From contig CAXXJJ010000001.1 in NCBI GenBank assembly GCA_963667015.2, positions 832,001 through 896,000 of the forward strand: a stretch of DNA of 64,000 bases, written 5' to 3'. The DNA comes from Desulfatiglandales bacterium (GTDB lineage: Bacteria > Desulfobacterota > DSM-4660 > Desulfatiglandales > HGW-15). This document shows, piece by piece, positions 1-10,074 of this stretch. How positions within the stretch are numbered: the first letter of the stretch is position 1; every line of letters starts with the position of its first letter. Below the pieces are notes generated by a model. The model was given only the letters and a program-made list of their open reading frames with translations, was not told where the DNA came from and did not search any database. The translations under genes were made by a program, and so were the position numbers.

Positions 1-83
1 ATTTCATAATACCTTCGTGCAGAGCGTGACTTTAAATAGCTATGCACGAACGTCCTTTTTTAGTCCCCTAATAAAAAACGCTT

Positions 84-503
84 TTACCATTCCCCCTGGT
101 CCGGCATTGAAATCCATGGTTCAGCGGGATCAAGGGGCTCTCCTTCCTGAAGAAGTTCAACTGAAATGTTATCCGGGGAGCGGACAAAAGCCATCTTGCC
201 GTCTCTAGGAGGCACAAGTATCGCTACACCCTGGTCCTGGAGACTTTGACAGACCTTATATACATTTTCTACACTGAATGCCAGGTGCCCAAAAGAACGT
301 CCTGCAGTGTATGGTTCTTCCTGTTCCCAGTTATAGGTCAGTTCAACTGCCGGTTCATCAGGCCCTGTGGCCAGAAAAACCAGAGTGAATTTACCTTCGG
401 GAAACTCCATTCTATCAATTTCAGACAGTCCCAGTTTATTGACAAAAAAATCCAGGGCCTTATCCAGGTCAAAAACACGAATCATTGTATGTAGAAATTT
501 AAT
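84..503 (-). CDS. gloA: Lactoylglutathione lyase (glyoxalase I, VOC family); probable ATT start at 503
   Basis: [21 protein letters not shown] and [12 protein letters not shown] motifs. The ORF track starts at ATG 485, but the conserved LHTM lies upstream in frame, with GGGAG 7 nt before an ATT. Confidence 0.85.
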   Translation of the reverse strand: MKFLHTMIRVFDLDKALDFFVNKLGLSEIDRMEFPEGKFTLVFLATGPDEPAVELTYNWEQEEPYTAGRSFGHLAFSVENVYKVCQSLQDQGVAILVPPRDGKMAFVRSPDNISVELLQEGEPLDPAEPWISMPDQGEW

Positions 504-726
504 TTTTACTCTCCCTGCTATTGAGGCATTAAAGGACTGACTCCGATTCCAATGGGTTTACCCTGTTAAACATTCTTTGCATTTGTTGAACCAGTGTCCA
601 ACCCCGATTCAATTCCAAAGCCACCTGAAAAAATGAATTAAATAAAAATATAATTAAAGGTCTTCTATGATTTGACAAATTAAGTCTTTAAGGGGAAGAA
701 TGTTTTCTATTTCTCTGCCTTTATTG

Positions 727-1023
727 TCATGAGACATATTTTATATCTTCCAGGATTCTTTTTCCTATGGCTGGCTTCAAGGCATTTTTCATAACAAGAT
801 CAACTTTTATCCCGATGATTCTGGATAGATCATTTTCAAGCCTTATAAATTTTATCAGGCTGATTGGCTTTTTAAAATCAACAAGGATATCCAAATCACT
901 ATTTGTTTTTTGCTCACCTCTTAAATATGACCCAAATATACCTACACTATTCAGGTTGTAATCTTTTTTTAGGCTTTCCAGATTGCTTTTCAGAATTTTT
1001 TCTATGTCAGCCGATGTCTTCAT
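727..1023 (-). CDS. Minimal nucleotidyltransferase (MntA-type antitoxin); no HEPN partner downstream
   Basis: 98 aa with GIFGSYLRG, SDLDILV and KVDLV motifs. Confidence 0.85.
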   Translation of the reverse strand: MKTSADIEKILKSNLESLKKDYNLNSVGIFGSYLRGEQKTNSDLDILVDFKKPISLIKFIRLENDLSRIIGIKVDLVMKNALKPAIGKRILEDIKYVS

Positions 1024-1276
1024 ATATTCACCCTGTAATATAAATATAGTATGAGAATATTATTTTTGCTTTTCTTTGTCAATTTCTACACGTAACAGCA
1101 TTCACTCTGTTTTCTAAACAGTGTACCCCTATATCCATTCCCTTATTGACCTGCTGGCCCCCATAAACAGTAACATCCTCACTCAACGATTGTATCTGTT
1201 TTAAACCCTCTGCGTTGATTGACCTGTTTTATAATAATTATAGGTTTTGTTTTTCACTAAGACGAAAGACTGGACG

Positions 1277-1322
1277 CTGTTAGGTTATTAGGTTAAATAG
1301 CGTCAACCTTATAACCTGACAG
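1277..1322. repeat. Imperfect inverted repeat just downstream of the DUF169 gene (possible terminator)
   Basis: CTGTTAGGTTATTAGGTT ... AACCTTATAACCTGACAG. Confidence 0.5.
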
Positions 1323-1339
1323 GGTCCCCTTTTAATACG

Positions 1340-2221
1340 CTATTTATATTCCGGCCAATCAAGTGTATCATCAGCATCCAGACCCCAGGATTTAAAAGAC
1401 TGTTTATAAAAATCGGGTCTTGGAAAATCCGGTCGAATGTAGGGATGATGATGACGATAGGAAAAATATCCATTCGCACCTTTCCTCAAACTGGTAATCA
1501 TGGTCTCCATTTTGGCAGCCGGGACAGCGAACATCATCTCGTCTTCCGTACCAACTCCCCTTTCCAACTCTCCGGGATCAGGCAGTACAACCCAGTATTT
1601 ACCGTCCTGTATGGGATTGACCACGGCATAAGAACAGGAAGGGGGAAGGTAACGGCTGTTTATTTGAGAGCTTTCCTGTCTGTCCATGGACATAATAAGT
1701 CCCCTCAGCTGGGCGTTGTTGGACCACATGATAACCACATCAGGTATAAAATTCGCGTTTTTCAACGGGGCGGTGACAATACCTATATATTTTCCATAGG
1801 GAAAGCAGTCATAGCCCTCGCTCTGCTGATTCGGCGGAACATTCCCATAGGCAAGGGGTGCCGCCGGACACCAGTGATCCTCCTTCAGCATGGCGACCGT
1901 GATTCCGTTCCTGCGAGACAGAGCAAAGGCCTGGCACTGGGCATAATGTTCCCCACGGTCCTTTTTGGGTCTGAATGCTCCTTCAGGAATATCGGATTCA
2001 CTTTTCAGCATCTTGGCGGCAATGGGAGATGTTCGAAGCATCAGGTGATACTCGAGATCCTCTCCGTATTTATTAAATTTCTTCAAAGGTGTCTGTTCTT
2101 TCGGTTGCTCAGAAGATGCTTCGTTTTTAGTTGCAGAATTAACAAGGCTGGATGCCCCTAAAACTGCTGCACCGGCTCCAACCAGTCCCAATACTTCACG
2201 TCGAGTGTATTTGTTTCCCAT
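1340..2221 (-). CDS. DUF169 family protein with twin-arginine signal peptide
   Basis: TRREVLG followed by a hydrophobic stretch; QCQA..LSRR.G, HWC and PDVVI motifs; C-terminal DPGE...DEM motif. Confidence 0.7.
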   Translation of the reverse strand: MGNKYTRREVLGLVGAGAAVLGASSLVNSATKNEASSEQPKEQTPLKKFNKYGEDLEYHLMLRTSPIAAKMLKSESDIPEGAFRPKKDRGEHYAQCQAFALSRRNGITVAMLKEDHWCPAAPLAYGNVPPNQQSEGYDCFPYGKYIGIVTAPLKNANFIPDVVIMWSNNAQLRGLIMSMDRQESSQINSRYLPPSCSYAVVNPIQDGKYWVVLPDPGELERGVGTEDEMMFAVPAAKMETMITSLRKGANGYFSYRHHHPYIRPDFPRPDFYKQSFKSWGLDADDTLDWPEYK

Positions 2222-2257
2222 GGAAAAATCCTCCTTTAAAAAGATTTAGATTGGTTT

Positions 2258-2309
2258 TCGCGTTCCTACGGTCCGCGTGGGAACGCATGCTTTCACACGC
2301 TCTGCATTT
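2258..2309. repeat. REP-like palindrome (GTTCCTACGGTCCGCGTGGGAAC...ACGCTCTGC)
   Basis: Hairpin GCGTTCCTACG/CGTGGGAACGC; a second copy is split by the IS21 element. Confidence 0.6.
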
Positions 2310-2527
2310 AAGGCCGCTAAGGTATTTCCTATTAATATCATTTGACAGGAAAAAAATAAATAGCCCCGGCAGGGCCACATAACTTTTTAGAAACTGGCTC
2401 ACTAAGCAATCGATAATTAAGAAAGATAAAAGATCAAATATTATATTGTGAGTTCGTACTTCTGCTGCTTATTCCTGATTTGTTTTCATACTTTCATGTA
2501 CGCCCCGTATTCCACTACTGGAATCCT

Positions 2528-2947
2528 TCACTTTATTTCACCAATAAACCTTATAATCCAGAAGCAGCGCAGTGTACAAAAAAATAAAATTATAGATATC
2601 CTGACAGGCTTTGGATTGATCTTCAATTTTATCTCCTTCCCTGTGACAATCTCGATGGAAAACTTTATTAAAACAAATAACAGTACGGCATAGATAAACG
2701 GCCCCAGCAAATGGAATCTAAAGGAATCCTTAAAATCCATATGAGATAAGGCATGAAAGGAGCGGGTTAATCCACAGGTAGGACAACTGTAACCTGTTAG
2801 TTGTTTAAACCGGCATGAGAGGAGGTGTGTTTCCTGCGGATTTATAAACATGGAAATCAGTAATGCAGACAATATAAATAATACAATAATAGCTTTAGCA
2901 AAAATATTGTTTGCAGGTATCTGGCATATGGCGTAGATTTTTTCCAT
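2528..2947 (-). CDS. DUF2752 family membrane protein
   Basis: CRFKQLTGYSCPTCGLTRSF motif with flanking TM helices. Confidence 0.8.
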   Translation of the reverse strand: MEKIYAICQIPANNIFAKAIIVLFILSALLISMFINPQETHLLSCRFKQLTGYSCPTCGLTRSFHALSHMDFKDSFRFHLLGPFIYAVLLFVLIKFSIEIVTGKEIKLKINPKPVRISIILFFCTLRCFWIIRFIGEIK

Positions 2948-2960
2948 GGATCAGCAGTTT

Positions 2961-3905
2961 CTACAACCCATAAACTCCATTGAAACCATCATCATACTTC
3001 TCCGGAAATGTCTTATACTCAGGGCCGAATTGTTCCAGAAACTCTACACTCATTGCCCTGAAGGTGTATTGGATTGGCAGCAGTATAACTGTTCCGATAT
3101 AGGGAATGGCTAATATAAAAAAACCAATACAGCATGTAAATAATCCGAAAATTATGACACAGATGACTATCAGGAGATGCAGTAATAATATTATTATTCC
3201 ATAAAAGATAAACTGCAGCATGTATCCGCTGAACAGGGTTATGAAGCGTCTCCATGCCTCAACGGTACCAATATTGTTTTTATACATGATCGGCACAACA
3301 AAATGGGAAAGGAATAAAGTAATGTATCCTGCAATAATACATATTGCTAAAAACCAGAGAACCATTCCGGCAATAATCAGACCAATGGCTAAACCTGATA
3401 AATCGTTACTCTGGAAATAAAACACAACAAAAAGTATGGCAGCTAAAAACAGCATAATCACTGCAAACATAATAATGCTGAAACAGAGCCGCCACATGAA
3501 GAGTGAGTCTCCCAGGATTTTAAATTGATTCCAGGGCTTTGATACCAGTGCCCGATTATGAACAACATTATCCAGGAACATAAATTTTCCCCGTGAACTC
3601 AACCATAGCAAAAGTACGCCAAGTGCGATAATAAATAATGTGCCCAGGCCAATAAGCATAAACCAGAAAGGGTGATTTAAAAGCCATTCCCATGCCATAC
3701 CGGGAAAATCTGAGATTTTTTCAATGTTCCAGTCATTTTTCCCTGACCTGTTAAAGGAACCGTTGCCAGAGGATCCATCTACCAGGCTTGCGAGAAAGGC
3801 AGTAAATCCGACCGAAAACCATTTGCCCAGATCAAAGGGATTAAACAGGGCATTTTTCATCCGACCCCAGCCATTGGACAATGCTTTTCCATAGCTTATA
3901 TCCAT
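2961..3905 (-). CDS. Multi-pass membrane protein of unknown function
   Basis: 314 aa with several hydrophobic helices, TCCIG motif and GGAGG RBS. Confidence 0.75.
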   Translation of the reverse strand: MDISYGKALSNGWGRMKNALFNPFDLGKWFSVGFTAFLASLVDGSSGNGSFNRSGKNDWNIEKISDFPGMAWEWLLNHPFWFMLIGLGTLFIIALGVLLLWLSSRGKFMFLDNVVHNRALVSKPWNQFKILGDSLFMWRLCFSIIMFAVIMLFLAAILFVVFYFQSNDLSGLAIGLIIAGMVLWFLAICIIAGYITLFLSHFVVPIMYKNNIGTVEAWRRFITLFSGYMLQFIFYGIIILLLHLLIVICVIIFGLFTCCIGFFILAIPYIGTVILLPIQYTFRAMSVEFLEQFGPEYKTFPEKYDDGFNGVYGL

Positions 3906-4119
3906 GATTCCTCCATGAAATTAAATGTGCAATTAGAAAGTCTCTTGAGTCTTATTACTGTTATAATGCTGTAAGTTTATTAAATAGAGAAGGACGAAGA
4001 ATACAGAAAATTTAAATTTTCTATTCTGTGAAAATAACCTGAAGATTCGGAGATGTCTATTAAAATTTGGGGCTCAAGACCCCTCTGTCTTTTCTATTAC
4101 CCTCCATAATAAGATAACA

Positions 4120-4148
4120 TTGACAGCAATCTCATATTGAAATACTTT
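4120..4148 (+). promoter_or_regulatory. Sigma-70 promoter with overlapping imperfect operator for higBA
   Basis: TTGACA 4120-4125, 17-bp spacer, TACTTT 4143-4148; ATCTCA-TAT-TGAAAT lies in the spacer. Confidence 0.55.
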
Positions 4149-4154
4149 CTATCT

Positions 4155-4442
4155 ATGCATATCATCACTAGAAAGCGCTTACTTGAATTCGCCAAAAAAC
4201 ATCCGGATTGTTCTTCCGCACTCGGATACTGGTACCGAATTGTAAAAAGAACTGACTTTAATTCGTTTAACGAACTCCGGCAGACTTTTCCTGGTGCTGA
4301 TAATGTTGGCAATTTAACGGTTTTTAATATCGGTGTTAATAAAGCTCGTTTGATTGGTGCTATACATTACAATACGCATCGAATTTATATTAGGCATATT
4401 TTAACTCATAAAGAATATGACCGGGGAGCATGGAGGGAATAA
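4155..4442 (+). CDS. higB: HigB-family mRNA interferase toxin
   Basis: MHIITRKRL, VFNIG.NKARLI and LTHKEYDR motifs. Confidence 0.85.
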   Translation: MHIITRKRLLEFAKKHPDCSSALGYWYRIVKRTDFNSFNELRQTFPGADNVGNLTVFNIGVNKARLIGAIHYNTHRIYIRHILTHKEYDRGAWRE

Positions 4443-4843
4443 TGGATAACCAACTTAAAGAAATTGCGAAAGTCTGGCCTGATATTCAGCCTGTATTTTC
4501 CGTTCCGCATAATAAAAAAGAGTATGATAGATTAGTAAATATCCTTGATAGCCTTATTGACGAAGTGGGGAATAATGAGAAACATCCATTATCTTCCATG
4601 ATGGAAACAATTGGAAGTCTTATTGAGATATATGAAACACAACATGTTATTGAGATGGAAGGAGACCCTGTTAAAGCATTGAACACTTTAATGGTAGAGC
4701 ACGGTTTAAAGCAATCCGATCTAACTGAGATCGGTAGTCAGGGTGTTGTATCAGAAATATTATCCGGCAGGCGTCAGTTAAATGTCCGACAAATTAAGCT
4801 GTTAAGCAAACGATTTAAGGTTTCCCCTGCTGTTTTTTTATAA
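4442..4843 (+). CDS. higA: HigA-family HTH antitoxin
   Basis: LKQSDLTEIGSQGVVSEILSGRRQL HTH; overlaps the higB stop codon. Confidence 0.85.
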   Translation: MDNQLKEIAKVWPDIQPVFSVPHNKKEYDRLVNILDSLIDEVGNNEKHPLSSMMETIGSLIEIYETQHVIEMEGDPVKALNTLMVEHGLKQSDLTEIGSQGVVSEILSGRRQLNVRQIKLLSKRFKVSPAVFL

Positions 4844-4995
4844 TAAGAATGAAAACAACAGGGGCATCAGACCTTCATTCATGACAAACAAGGATAGCCA
4901 TGATAGATGTTTTTGCATAAAAATATATGAGGAAGTCAATCACTGCCCGACCTTTAAAAATATCCTATCCAGGAGCGTTTAACATGTAACCCCCA

Positions 4996-5169
4996 GGAAA
5001 GGCATTAAAGGATGAGCTTAAAGGTTTAAGAAGTTTTCGGGTAAAAAGATTCAGGATTATTTATCAGGTTATCGGAAAAAAAGAGATACAAATTATCGCA
5101 CTTGGCCCCAGGTCCTGCATTTATGAAGAAACATACAGGTTGCTAAAAAAAGAAGAAAAATCCGGGTAA
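4996..5169 (+). pseudogene. C-terminal remnant of a RelE/ParE toxin
   Basis: GKALKDELKGLRSFRVKRFRIIYQV...IIALGPRSCIYEE*; in-frame TAA at 4987 and no start codon. Confidence 0.65.
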
Positions 5170-5329
5170 TAATTTTTCCCTGCTATAACTGCAGGTAAAA
5201 AAATTATGGAACAGGATATCTTTTATATTTATTTAACAGGGACCTTACACCTATTGTTTTTTATTTCAATTACAGTAGTTATTTGATTATTGAAGGATGT
5301 CCCTCTCTACCCATTTTAATCCCCAGCAC

Positions 5330-5418
5330 CCTTCATACCCGAGCAGTCGGGTATCCATTTTGCTATTGTCTTTCGTGTTGCCGGCATTAATCGTAGAGAC
5401 GGGTTTCAAACCCGTCTT
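5330..5418. repeat. Cluster of REP-like hairpins
   Basis: ATACCCGA-GCAG-TCGGGTAT and GTAGAGACGGGTTTCAAACCCGTCT. Confidence 0.6.
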
Positions 5419-5566
5419 TTTCTCTTGCTCCCATGGTCCCCGTGGGAGCCCTACCGTTGGATGGATATACCGGTTAAAAAATCCACCCTGTCCGGATAGT
5501 TGGTCCCAACGAATCCGGACAGGATGTCCCATTGGTTCCGGAGAGGAACCAGTTTAAAGGTTTTTT

Positions 5567-6337
5567 CTAATTTTTCTTTTTATTGTTAATGCCGTAAACT
5601 TCCCTCATGGATTTGTCGTTATCTTTATCAATGTACTGTATTTCAATGGTGTAAGAGTCGTGAACAATTCGGTCAAGGATGGCATCAGCTAAAGTTGATT
5701 CTGCTATTTTCTTATACCAGCCAGCAGGTGCAAACTGAGAACAAAAAATAGTGGATGCATTTTTATGACGGGCATGGATTATTTCCAGGAGATCCCTTGC
5801 CTCAGTTTCGATTAAAGAAACAAGCATCCATTCATCCAAAATTAAAAGCCTGTATTTTTTATACTGATTAACGACCTTCTTGAAGCACCCTTCACCTCTG
5901 GCTATTGCCAGTTCCGCAAGCAATTCCGGGAGGCGGATGTATTTCACAGTGTAGTGGTGTTTGCATGCCTCCATACCTAATGCACATGCAATATAGGACT
6001 TTCCTGCACCGGTAGCTCCAAGGACCATAACATTGTGCCTATCAGTAATGTAGTTACAGGTAGATAAACGTTTAATAAGACTTTTATTGAGCTTTCTTCC
6101 TGAACTGTAATTTATATCAGCAATAGAGGCTGAAGGCTGGTCAAAGGAAGCATTCCTTATCAACCTATGCAGACGGTTGGTTTTACGAGTGTCGTATTCA
6201 ATGTCCACAAGCATTCCGATACGCTCTTCAAAGGATAAATCATACATTGAGTTATCCTGCATCTGTGTACGTAAAGCGTTTGCCATGGCTGACATGCGCA
6301 TTTCAATCAACTTGTTGATGGTTGCTGTATTTATCAT
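5567..6337 (-). CDS. istB: IS21 helper AAA+ ATPase IstB
   Basis: Walker A GATGAGKS, Walker B LLILDEW, ADAILDRIVH; GGAGG RBS before ATG 6337. Confidence 0.95.
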   Translation of the reverse strand: MINTATINKLIEMRMSAMANALRTQMQDNSMYDLSFEERIGMLVDIEYDTRKTNRLHRLIRNASFDQPSASIADINYSSGRKLNKSLIKRLSTCNYITDRHNVMVLGATGAGKSYIACALGMEACKHHYTVKYIRLPELLAELAIARGEGCFKKVVNQYKKYRLLILDEWMLVSLIETEARDLLEIIHARHKNASTIFCSQFAPAGWYKKIAESTLADAILDRIVHDSYTIEIQYIDKDNDKSMREVYGINNKKKN

Positions 6338-6341
6338 GGCT

Positions 6342-7874
6342 TTACCTCCTGTAATATTTGGCGCCGCGGGTAAAGCCATGCTCATTCGGGGCTGAAGATT
6401 CTTTTTGTTTTTTATCCGGAACCTTGTCCTGACCTGTAGTCAGTATGTTTTTAATTATCTTATAACTCGGATGAGGAGTATAAAATAAAGCCTTCTTACA
6501 GGCACCTTCCAGACGATTCAGGGAGTATTTATCTGCAAGCTTTAAAATCCCCATACAGCTTTTATAACCCTGCTGTTCAACCTTATAGGAGTTGAGTATG
6601 GATTTTATAGCAATAACAGTATTTGGACCTATCTTTTCTGCCCATGCTATGAAACGGCTTTTGTCCCATTTCAGGTATTTCTGATGATCTTCAGGCATAT
6701 GAGCCTCGATGCTGCTGTACTGGCCAGGACGCCCATATAGACGCATATGGGAACAGATTCGGGTGTTGCGATAAAACACCTCTACAATGTTTTTTGTTAG
6801 CCTCACATCGACCTTCTGCTTAATATATTCGTAAGGCACGGAGTATTGCATCTTATCTACAGATATATGATAATTGAACTGGACTGTGGCCTGTTTCCAG
6901 GTTGCCAGTTCATAGGAGGCAGCAGGTAGCGGTGCCATAAATGGCTTTTCTTCCTCAAAGAAACTGTATCGGCTGCCTTCTTTCTTTTGAAAGCTACGGC
7001 GGTTATACCCGTTCAGTTTAAAGCTTATTTCCCTGTTCAACTCTTCCAGAGTAAAAAACTTTTCATTACGAAGAGCTGCGATAATCCATGCTGATACCAC
7101 CTTTACAGAGCCTTCAGCATTCGGTTTATCTTTGGGCTTTTTAACCCGTGCGGGAATTACTGCAGTATCATAGTGTTCGGCCATTTCACGGTAGGTTTTG
7201 TTTATTACCGGAGTATACCAGTCGCTCCGTTCAACCCCTGCTTTAAGATTGTCGGGAACAAGCATACGTGTTGTCCCTCCAAAGAAGTTATACATGTTAA
7301 CATGGGCAGTTATCCAGCTTTCCATATCCTGTTTGAAGAAGGCTTCTACATAAGTGTACAGGCTATAGGAAAGAACTCCTACAAAGATATATGCAGGGAT
7401 AATCTCCCCTGTATCTCTGTCGATAACAGAGGCTGTATCTCCTGCCCAGTCAACTTCTGTAAGATCCCCCGGTTTTCTAGGGATATGCATGGTAGCACGC
7501 TTTTTTTCAGAATACTTCTGATAATGAAAACAGAACTGAGAGTACATGAGGGGTAGCTCATTGCTCTGTCTACATTCCTCACAGTACTCATTCCACAGAA
7601 GCTTTAGGGTTACTCCGTTCCGCATCATTTCCCTGGCTAAGTAATCATAATCAGGGTGTTTACGTGATGGTTCTCTGGAGGTTTCTTCCCGGAATAGTTG
7701 CTTCTTCAGTTCAACATCTGTGGTCTCAGCTTTTAAAGGCCATTCAATTTGTAGTTCCTTTGCTCGATTAAGCACTTTACGTACTGTCTTTCTTGAGCAT
7801 CCACAGCCTTTGGCTGTACTGCTTTGGTTGATCCCAAGACTATTTAGTCTAAGGATCTCTCGATATTTGGTCAT
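6342..7874 (-). CDS. istA: IS21 DDE transposase IstA
   Basis: N-terminal HTH; EVDWAG, VPDNLK, PKDKPNAE and YSVP motifs. Confidence 0.95.
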   Translation of the reverse strand: MTKYREILRLNSLGINQSSTAKGCGCSRKTVRKVLNRAKELQIEWPLKAETTDVELKKQLFREETSREPSRKHPDYDYLAREMMRNGVTLKLLWNEYCEECRQSNELPLMYSQFCFHYQKYSEKKRATMHIPRKPGDLTEVDWAGDTASVIDRDTGEIIPAYIFVGVLSYSLYTYVEAFFKQDMESWITAHVNMYNFFGGTTRMLVPDNLKAGVERSDWYTPVINKTYREMAEHYDTAVIPARVKKPKDKPNAEGSVKVVSAWIIAALRNEKFFTLEELNREISFKLNGYNRRSFQKKEGSRYSFFEEEKPFMAPLPAASYELATWKQATVQFNYHISVDKMQYSVPYEYIKQKVDVRLTKNIVEVFYRNTRICSHMRLYGRPGQYSSIEAHMPEDHQKYLKWDKSRFIAWAEKIGPNTVIAIKSILNSYKVEQQGYKSCMGILKLADKYSLNRLEGACKKALFYTPHPSYKIIKNILTTGQDKVPDKKQKESSAPNEHGFTRGAKYYRR

Positions 7875-8249
7875 TTAGGTGACCTCCTCTATAATGAATT
7901 TACATCAAATCTTGATGCATTTACTCATTATAGAGACTCATAATTGGATGGGAACTACCCCGGATTGGTTGGGACTTTTTACCGGATCGATTGGGGCCAA
8001 TGGCCGGACTCATGGGGAAATCAGACCCGGAATATCCATTGGACGCTCTGCGTCAGATGAGCTATTGAATTTTGTATCAGCAACCCAGTTAACTAATGAA
8101 ACTTATAAACTTATGGGCATCCCCCATTATTTCCTCTGTTAAATATCTTTTGAATTTATTTAACAGGGACCTGATACCATTTGCTTTACCATTGACAGGA
8201 GACTATAGGATTGTCCCCTTTTACACAAACTATCCCATATTCAGGTTAC

Positions 8250-9875
8250 TCATTCTTTTTCTGTAATTATTACCTTAGGGCTGGAAAGTTTTAAAGAACA
8301 TGCATCGACATCAGGAAATTTTTCGTGTGTATAGTTTCTTGTAATATACACTTTGCCAATATAGTTATTAGATGCCCATTCATTTTTATCAGGAAATAAA
8401 TTTATAAAGCTATTCCACTCTTCTGGGTCTATTGTAATGCATCCTATACTATCTCGATTTGCATCATCATACTCTTCTTGTCCCTTATGTATCCATATAT
8501 TTGAAGCTTTTAAAGAATTAGACCATTTACCATCCCTATAATATTTATTTAGTGTATCAATTCCATTTCCATCATTTACCATTAATAGAGCTTTTCCAGA
8601 GAATTGATTATACTGGAGCCATTTAATAGTGAAATTATATTTGCCAGAAGCGATTATAGGCTTTTTCTTATCATAAAATAAAATATTATATATTTCTCCT
8701 GAGGGGATGCTATTTAAATCTGACTCACCAATTTCAGTAAATTTTTCTTTTAATTTTTCATCATTAATCAATATATTATTATTTTCATCATTATATTTCG
8801 TGTAAGGATTTGGCAAAGTACGACCATGAAATTGGCTTGTTTCACCTACGTTTGTCCCATCTATCGACTTGCAAACATTTACTAAGGCATTATATCCATT
8901 TGAGTCTTCTGAAAAGTATGTTTCGGAAATTACAATATTATATGCAATAGGTGGTGAAATAGATTTTTCACTCACCGTAATATTCTTTATACAATATGAT
9001 TCTAATTTTATGTCTTCCCAAAGCACAGGTTGATGAGGGATTGATATTGACCAATTATCCCAATTATCAGTCGTTGCAGCAGTTCCGGATTTATCACCAT
9101 ATATCCATTTTAAGTTTGTAATAATTGATTTATAGTAGGATTTATAACCTTTCGGAAGGGAGGATAAACTACCTTGTATTTTAATATCATTATTATTCCA
9201 AGAGATATTCTTAATAAGAATATCTCTAATATAGGAAATATAAGAATCTCCTGTTTTTAGAACTGATCCTGTTGAGCGATCAACAATCACTTCCTGGGGA
9301 TCAAAGTATACTTTGCCATAAACATCGTCTTTTTGATATATGCAATAATGCACATGATCTCTCATTGCCTTATTTTGGGGATCAGTATTACCTAAATAAC
9401 CTATTAATTCGCCCTTTTTTATTGTTTTTCTATCAAACGTTCCTAATGAATTATCTGGCCTAAATGGGATCGGTATTTCATCAATTTCAAAAATTTGATG
9501 ATGTAATAGTTTATGATAAAAATTACTATCGTCTCGAATTATTATTGTCCCATACTCTCCTGGTCCTGGAACTATAATAGTTCCACTTACTGGTGAGTAG
9601 ACTCCTATATTAAATTCAGGAATTTCATTAATGTGCCTTTGCTCAGTTTCAACCCCTACAAAATCAATATCAATCCCAGGAGATCCTGATCTTTTTAGAT
9701 GGCCTGTAAAATCGTTATCTAGCACTAATGCTACATCACACTCTTCAGGATACGGTAGTATGTCTTTAAGCCTTATGTTTCCTCTGTTACTTGCCAGATC
9801 GTTTGAGTATGTGCAAACGCAAATAAGGGAAAATGATAGGATAATGAATACATATTTTTTAATTAGCTTTTTCAT
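8250..9875 (-). CDS. Secreted protein with M23-peptidase-like N-terminal domain and L,D-transpeptidase-like (DUF5675/YkuD-type) C-terminal domain
   Basis: Signal peptide; GID..VYSPVSGTI, KKGELIGYLGNT and DHVHY motifs; C-terminal IWIHKG...DSIGCITI. Confidence 0.6.
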   Translation of the reverse strand: MKKLIKKYVFIILSFSLICVCTYSNDLASNRGNIRLKDILPYPEECDVALVLDNDFTGHLKRSGSPGIDIDFVGVETEQRHINEIPEFNIGVYSPVSGTIIVPGPGEYGTIIIRDDSNFYHKLLHHQIFEIDEIPIPFRPDNSLGTFDRKTIKKGELIGYLGNTDPQNKAMRDHVHYCIYQKDDVYGKVYFDPQEVIVDRSTGSVLKTGDSYISYIRDILIKNISWNNNDIKIQGSLSSLPKGYKSYYKSIITNLKWIYGDKSGTAATTDNWDNWSISIPHQPVLWEDIKLESYCIKNITVSEKSISPPIAYNIVISETYFSEDSNGYNALVNVCKSIDGTNVGETSQFHGRTLPNPYTKYNDENNNILINDEKLKEKFTEIGESDLNSIPSGEIYNILFYDKKKPIIASGKYNFTIKWLQYNQFSGKALLMVNDGNGIDTLNKYYRDGKWSNSLKASNIWIHKGQEEYDDANRDSIGCITIDPEEWNSFINLFPDKNEWASNNYIGKVYITRNYTHEKFPDVDACSLKLSSPKVIITEKE

Positions 9876-10074
9876 TTTAATAGCCTCCTAAAAATGTAGT
9901 ATTTAAAAATCCTTACAGATATAAATAAGATAATTTCTTATCATCGTCAAAAAACTAAAAGCTGGTTCATTTATACCGAAAAACTTGCGGCGAAGGGATT
10001 AAAGAACTGATATCTTTCACGCGGGAGGCCGGCCTCTAGGTTTTGTGGCCCAATTATGTTATGCTATCAGAATA

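Larger units (their letters stand above)
5462..8038 (-). mobile_element. Complete IS21-family insertion sequence
   Basis: Terminal IRs TGGATATACCGG / CCGGAATATCCA; multiple subterminal CCGGA repeats; TTGGA duplicated at 5457-5461 and 8039-8043; carries istA and istB. Confidence 0.92.

Noticed and set aside
1445..2161. 238-aa + strand ORF and similar antisense ORFs (e.g. 30933-31577, 32875-33339, 35822-36250, 45697-46170)
   Set aside because: Shadows of well-supported genes on the opposite strand, with no family motifs.
5287..5557. ORFs 5287-5532 and 5297-5557, also 7879-8142
   Set aside because: They span IS ends and REP hairpins; likely spurious.
9960..10070. Riboswitch or attC site in the GC-richer patch between the ATPase and peptidase genes
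   Set aside because: A short AGGCCGGCCT palindrome and a GCATAAC box are present, but no complete recognisable motif.
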